From: Seison nebaliae
Taxonomy: Eukaryota
Assembly: GCA_023231475.1 (NCBI GenBank)
Contig: JALJEE010002904.1
Span: 1-57,382, forward strand
Direction of reading: 5' to 3'
Length of the DNA stretch: 57,382 nucleotides
Within the stretch, counting starts at the first letter, position 1; every line of letters begins with the position of its first letter. A model generated the notes under the pieces. That model was given only the letters and a program-made list of their open reading frames with translations. It searched no databases and was not told where the DNA came from. Below, one piece after another: positions 51,422-57,382 of the stretch. The translations under genes and the position numbers were made by a program.

Positions 51422-52124
51422 AAAAATAAAAAGAAAATTATAGAGACATCAGCCGAACTTTGAGAATGAATGAAATAATTCCACTTCTCTCACCAACGAG
51501 TTGAAGAGGAAGATTTCATTCGAATTTTATATTCTTCCGAAACTTTGTCAATTTATTTAACAATTCTAACCAACAAAAGAAATAAGTTGTCGATTAAACA
51601 TACACTCGTCCTTTACGTTTCATTATTCACTTGATACGAGTAGACACATGGACATGAGACATACACAACTCCTCTCAATAGAGCGTGAGATGTTATTGCA
51701 TATTTTCTAATTATTTGATGCAAATGTAGTAGAGAAGATGTAAAAGACAGGCACATTCGATTGTGTTGGGAAAGGGCAATTCTTTATTTCTTCTCTCGTC
51801 GATCAATTCAATGCATTTCCATGTTCATCCACTCGTCCATATCATCCACGTTTATTCGAATACACATTAATATCTTTTATTCGATTTCTCATGTGTTGTC
51901 TATTATTAATCCAACATTTCTTCATATAAATTTTTTCTGATTTATTCAAAAATTAAATTTCACTAATTATCTAATGTTCACATTCTTCATCGTTGTCAAT
52001 GAGATAGGACCGATTAAATTATTCAATTAAATAAAATTGAATTTTTTTTTCAAAAATTTATGTTTATGCTGATGTCATAACATCGAACAACTTCCAACTA
52101 CTGTTAGAGATGATTGTTTGGTGA

Positions 52125-52125
<1 letters not shown>

Positions 52126-52160
<35 letters not shown>
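52126..52160. repeat. (TC)n microsatellite
   Basis: tctctc run upstream of GOLPH3. Confidence 0.9.
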
Positions 52161-52162
<2 letters not shown>

Positions 52163-52365
52163 ACTCTTCTCCTCCTTCTCAACATTTCTCTTTTCTCTTC
52201 CTCGCCGTTACGTCTACTTCGTATGACGATGATAATTTAAATTTTTGCTTTTATTAGAAACATATTGAATATTCTCTAAAATTTTTTTTGAAAGACAAAA
52301 AAAATAGAGCAGTTTCCGCTCGAAACATTATCAAAAATTTTCATAAATCGTAATTTTATGCTGAA

Positions 52366-53362
52366 ATGACGGAAGTGGGCGGACTTAAACGACGGAACGT
52401 CGCCAGTAACAAAGATAATCAGAACAATGACACTCATATTGATGATGATGAGAGATCGAGAGGAATGGAAGTCGATGAAGATTACCATGACAACGACATA
52501 ACGAATTCCGATGAAGAATCTGATAAAAGTACAAGACTCACTTTAATGGAAGAGATCTTATTACTGGGATTAAAAGAGCGAGAAGTTTCAATTTTTTAAT
52601 TTTCTCCAATTCTCATCTCTCAAATTTAACAAGGGTTATACATCGTTTTGGAATGATTGTATTTCATCGGGATTGCGTGGTTGTATTCTTCTCGAATTGG
52701 CGATAAGGAAACGAATCGAATTGGAAGGAACGGGATTGAGACGTCGAGCATGTGTCAGTCGACGGATAAAAGTCATTAATTCCGAACCGACAGGTGATGC
52801 GCTTTTGGACGAAGCATTACGACATATAAAAGTTAAATTTAATTTTCCGTTCAAATATTTAAATTATGGAAATTTACAGATTACGAATCCGATCGATAAT
52901 GTGCCGAATTGGATCGAATATCTGAGTGGTGAGTCGTGGAATCCGTTGAAATTGAGATATCAATTGAAGAATGTTCGTGAACGAATAGCGAAAAATCTGG
53001 TGGAGAAAGGTGTGTGCACAACAGGCAAACAGAATTTCGTCATTTTCGATTTGACCACACATCCCGTCAACAATTCGACGATGAAACAGAATCTTGTACG
53101 GAAAATTCAAGAAGCCGTTTTGACCAAATGGCCCGGTGAAGCACAACGAATGTCTAAGCGTCTATTGTGTCTGTTGATGATGGCACATTCGTCAGATGTA
53201 TTAGAAAATGCATTTCAATCTCTCAACGATGTCGATTACGAATTGGCTTCGAAGAGAATGAGAGAATTACTTAATTTGGAACCTGATCAACAATGCACGA
53301 TAAAACCGAACGATGGCGTTTGGCATTTAATGTGGGCAGTTATTGCAACATTCCTCAAGTGA
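52366..53362 (+). CDS. GOLPH3: Golgi phosphoprotein 3 (Vps74/sauron)
   Basis: GLKRR, RLTLMEEILLLGLKERE|GYTSFWNDCISSGLRGCIL, WIEYLSGESWNPLKLRYQLKNVRERIAKNLVEKGV; introns 52585-52633, 52832-52879. Confidence 0.97.
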
Positions 53363-54055
53363 ATAATAATCGATTATGAAGGAGAAATGTGTCTGATTAT
53401 TTCATCTAAATTTCACACGAGATTTGACACAAATGAGAGACAATTTCTTTATAGATATACAGTATTTTCTTGTTAAATAATGAATATTGTAATGGAATGA
53501 TGAACAGATGAGAAGTTTCATTTTTCTCCTGTAGCGTTTCGTTTAGTCGTCGAAAATGACGACCATTTTCAATTCATATCGTTTAATGAGTTTTACTTCA
53601 TCTCTTCTCAGCATTTGTCTGACGAATTTGGATAGTTAACAGTCATCTGCTTGAGAACAGTCACAACTTATTTATTTGGACCAATTTTTTATTTATTCAT
53701 TCGATTCCATCCAAAAAAAAAACACCTGCACATTCTTCATCTTTTTCACTCATTCATTTCATTACAATATTCATCTGCACAATAAACAGTTTTGATATCT
53801 AATCACTACTCTCATTCCCATACACAACAGTCACATAAATATCATTCGATATTTTTTTCCGACGGAAGAAGATAATTATGTGAGATAAACGAAAAATATC
53901 AGAATTCTCCAAACAAATCTCTCTCTCAAAAAAAAAGAAAGATTATTCATATTTTTTCTCCATTATATTTATCTTCTCTTATTATCATCTCTTTATTTAT
54001 TTGAAATTAAACAAATTGAAATTAAATTCCAATTTCAAAAATTAAATATTGTTCC

Positions 54056-55083
54056 TTAAATATTATTATTATTCCTCCATAAAATCAATGTTGTCAATAG
54101 ACCTAAATGACGCATCAAATAAATGAGAATTCCTTCCACCACACACATGGTTCGATCACTCATCATTAATAATTGATGAATGGAATTTCCACCAGAAGCG
54201 TCACCGTTTTCTTTCATCGATTTCGTCTTTTCTTTATTTCCATCCATTTCACCATTTCGCTCTCTTATTCGAATATCGGCGCAATTAACGAATTGTTCTT
54301 GTTCGTCTGCACAACCTAAACAAGATTTGCCCGTCGTTTTTGATGTTCCCCATCGATTTCCACAATCATATATCCATCTTAGTACGCATCGTTCGCACGT
54401 AACTCCTTTGGGCAATTTCGCATAAACGGTGAAAGTTGTCGTATTTTGACTAGGAAGCCAATATCGTTTACTCAATTTTTTAGTTGGAGGTAATTTAATT
54501 TTGAATAATTTGGTGGAACGATTCTTTTTTCTCTCTCTTAACGGCATCAACGGTTGTTGATTGAATCTTCCATTTGAAATTTCTACGTTATGTTTCCATT
54601 GTGATGGAATTATTTCATGAGCGTAAGGCGGATATAAGTAGAGGGGATGCTTCTTTAAACACGATTTAGTCGCCTCCTTCATGTCCCCAGTTAGAGGACA
54701 GATATTGAACAAGAAATAACCACCATGATTAGCTGTAATCATTACTTCGATTTTGATTATCGAATTCTCACGATATGTTTTCCCGATAATTCCACTCGCA
54801 AATTTTCCTGAAGAATTTAATTATTAAAATTTAAGTTATGTGGAGAACCTCCATACTCATGATCTCGTTTATCGTCAAATGCATCACCACATAAACCACA
54901 ACGACCTTTATTCTTCTCCCATTGTCGAGCGAAGCCTCCACAGTACAATTGCATATCGTCATAATTCGCCGCCGTTTCATAACCATATCTCCACAAAGAA
55001 TTCCGTGGAGGTGGATTAACTAAACGTCCATGACAAATGACATAATCGATAATTGTTATCAACACTATAGGAATGGGAAGCAT
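54056..55083 (-). CDS. AA15-type lytic polysaccharide monooxygenase (chitin-binding type-4 domain)
   Basis: Signal peptide then HGRLVNPPPRNSLWR, CGG, CGLCGD, TANHGGYF, CERCVLRW, QEQFVNCADIRI; intron 54808-54848; hydrophobic C-terminus. Confidence 0.9.
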
Positions 55084-56409
55084 TCGTTTTTCTTCTCGAT
55101 TAACTAAATTATTTTCATCAATTCCCTTCTCGTATGATGAATTTCCACACATCGAAGAAAGTTGTACATGCTATTCTCTTTTTTCCTTCATTCCCTTCAC
55201 TATCTATCGATTAATGGTTAAGCTATGTTTCTCCCAAATTCGAATGTTTACTTTATCGATCAACTAATCCTTTCTCATCATCATGTTCGTTATCAGTAAC
55301 TTGTCATCAATTTGAATAATCAGAAATGATAATTCCATAATGGAAAGTAAATCTTCTACATTTCTCTTCATTCTCCCACATCAGATCTTTTTTCTAGTAT
55401 ATAGAATCTATATTATAGATTATATCATCTTGTTAGTTCTAGTATATGATTAATAGATCTAGTTTTTTCATCCTACTTTCCCTCAAACTATTCTTAAGAG
55501 AATCATTTGTTAATATAATACATAACTATAACTAATAATAAGAAATTAACTATTGTTAATATATTAAATATTTAAAAGAACTTAACAATTGATGGCAAAT
55601 GTTGAAGAAGAATTAATTCGTTAACTTTATATATTCCGCAAAAAATGTATTACAAATATACTATAAAAAGCAGGACCAGTAGGAAAACACTGTATGTAAA
55701 GTAAGATTTCAAATATTAACAGATTCAAAGAATTCCCTGTGGTTCGATGTTCAATTGGTAGTTCGTCCTCGTACCATTTCTTTCCACGTCCAAATTTAGC
55801 TCTTTTACGTCTAATCGCCACATGAAGTTGTGAGATGTCATGATTGTTGTCCATTTGCAAATTTTGAAACGATGCTGTTTCATCGTTCTTCATTTTACCT
55901 ATCACATTTCGATTAAACCACAGACCTAACCAGTTTCGACTATTTCCAATCAGATATTGTCCGAGTATCCTTGACATTTTTATCTTTGACAGTTCAATTG
56001 ATAATAAATCAATTATTCTATTATTAGAAACACTATCTAATCTATGAAGTACGTCTAATATATTTTATAGCATTGTAAAATATGTTTTTGTCCAATCTTA
56101 GCGCACAAATTAATTAAAAATGAGATAAATAAACTTAAGTAGAATATTTGATCAAATAATAATCAACATTATTATCTTTAAGTATAAATTTATAGTAATA
56201 ATTTAATTGAATAAATAATTTATTAAAAAATTTCGAACATGAACGTTCGATTATTATTACAATTATATAAATGTAAGAGCAATCGATAATAAACCACCGA
56301 AAATCTCGACGTGTGGCATTATAATAGACTAACGGATTCTTGGTATATGATAGTTTTAAAGGAACTAAACCATGGCTTGATTTGGAGATAGCCGGTCTTT
56401 TGAAAAGAA

Positions 56410-56660
56410 CAATAAAAAGAACGAATCACGGTCTTTTCCTCACCAGATTTTTCTCACCTGTCTTTTGAAAATTAGTTGGAAAGTGGTCATTTCCTCACCT
56501 ATCAAAATGGTCATTTCTTCACCCACTTTTTTCACTATAGCTTTTCTTCCTCAAGGAATTTTTTCATTAAGAACTTTTCCTCACGCAGTTTTTTCATTAT
56601 GGAATTTTCCCTACCATATTATCAACTAAATGAACTTTTCTTCACCTAATTGTCTACTAA
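56410..56660. repeat. Dispersed short TTTTCCTCACC-like repeats, probable non-autonomous DNA transposon end
   Basis: About 7 degenerate copies, e.g. ggtcttttcctcacc, ggtcatttcctcacc, ggtcatttcttcacc, gaacttttcctcacg, gaacttttcttcacc. Confidence 0.5.
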
Positions 56661-57195
56661 TCGGAAATTTCCAATCTAATAATGTTTTAATTTAATTTTA
56701 TATTTGGATGTGATTGGATGAAATAATTGTACCATCATAGAGATAGGAAACGAAATGAACCCTACCGTGCAAAATTTGAAAACATGTAATGTCGATATAA
56801 GTTAAAAATAAACATAAAAGTACCTAAACATCAATTATACAATTAATTCAATTTAAACCTATTTTCTCTCTCTCCTAGGAAAAAACAATTATATAATTAT
56901 ATTTAATTAAAAAATAATATACTCCACACAGCCACACCAACGTTCTCTTCCACTTTTACATACAATTCTTCCTATACAAATGGAATGCACGAGATTATTC
57001 AGTCTTCCACATACCGCAATATCACCAGAAACATCAGCTGTTCCAATCCGCGCCAAGAAAGCCATTCGACTTGGCGTCCGAGATCTGCGCCGGCTGAAAT
57101 TAGTGAAGTTTCTACTCAATGAACTCGTTGTACATCTACAACGTTTGGCTTTATTGTCCTATTGGTTGTTCTTCCATCATTTCATACGGGGGACA

Positions 57196-57272
57196 GACAA
57201 TTCGGAGACTCGACAATTCTGAGACGTGCCAATTCGGAGACCGACAATTCGGAGACGCGACAATTCGGAGAC
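57196..57272 (+). repeat. 5 x 14-bp GACAATTCGGAGAC direct repeat, probable transposon subterminal array
   Basis: Copies at 57196, 57212, 57228, 57243, 57259 with 1-2 nt spacers. Confidence 0.85.
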
Positions 57273-57382
57273 CATTTTCAACGACGCAAATTTAAGTAAG
57301 TTGTCTTCTATGATAGATACTTATTAGATAGATACTAAAATTGTGTTCTTAAAAATAAAAGCTTAAATTGAATCTCGTGTTG

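Noticed and set aside
16983..52879. Excess of stop-free 3n introns (16983-17048, 20590-20634, 31026-31067, 31932-31982, 32136-32183, 52832-52879)
   Set aside because: About 6 of 40 is too few to distinguish from chance; they mainly explain why ORFs read through introns
55627..55977. 116-aa minus-strand ORF as a gene or transposase
   Set aside because: No convincing motif or splice context; cannot be supported from sequence alone
57196..57272. Direct-repeat array as CRISPR
   Set aside because: Repeats are 14 bp with 1-2 nt spacers, no cas genes, eukaryotic context
1..57382. Species assignment
   Set aside because: Gene content indicates a compact-genome invertebrate, but the taxon cannot be fixed without a database search

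Overview
AT-rich, gene-dense eukaryotic (invertebrate metazoan) genomic DNA, not prokaryotic. Most ORFs in the track are exons of multi-exon genes split by short (mostly 41-60 nt) introns. Recognisable genes: tRNA-Pro(AGG), two tRNA-Glu(CTC), XRCC4-like, group-I-like mGluR, TAF13, PIG-F, GM2-activator/ML protein, PBZ-TDP1, Vps33-like, NFU1, TAX1BP3-like PDZ protein, GOLPH3 and an AA15-type LPMO. There are also several orphan secreted or membrane proteins and hAT/Tc3 transposase remnants. The main finding is a non-standard splice-donor code: about 40 introns placed by hand from reading-frame continuity almost all begin GTT, without the usual GTRAG consensus. In one case a perfect GTAAGT must be skipped in favour of GTT. 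Other highlights: a ~1724-aa secreted mosaic protein (poly-Asn, His repeats, SUEL-like, VWC-like, fibrinogen domains), a candidate antimicrobial peptide precursor, a long hairpin whose transition mismatches are all G-U, a relic ORF disrupted almost only by TGA stops, and operon-like gene spacing. All family calls come from motif recognition by eye; no searches were run.
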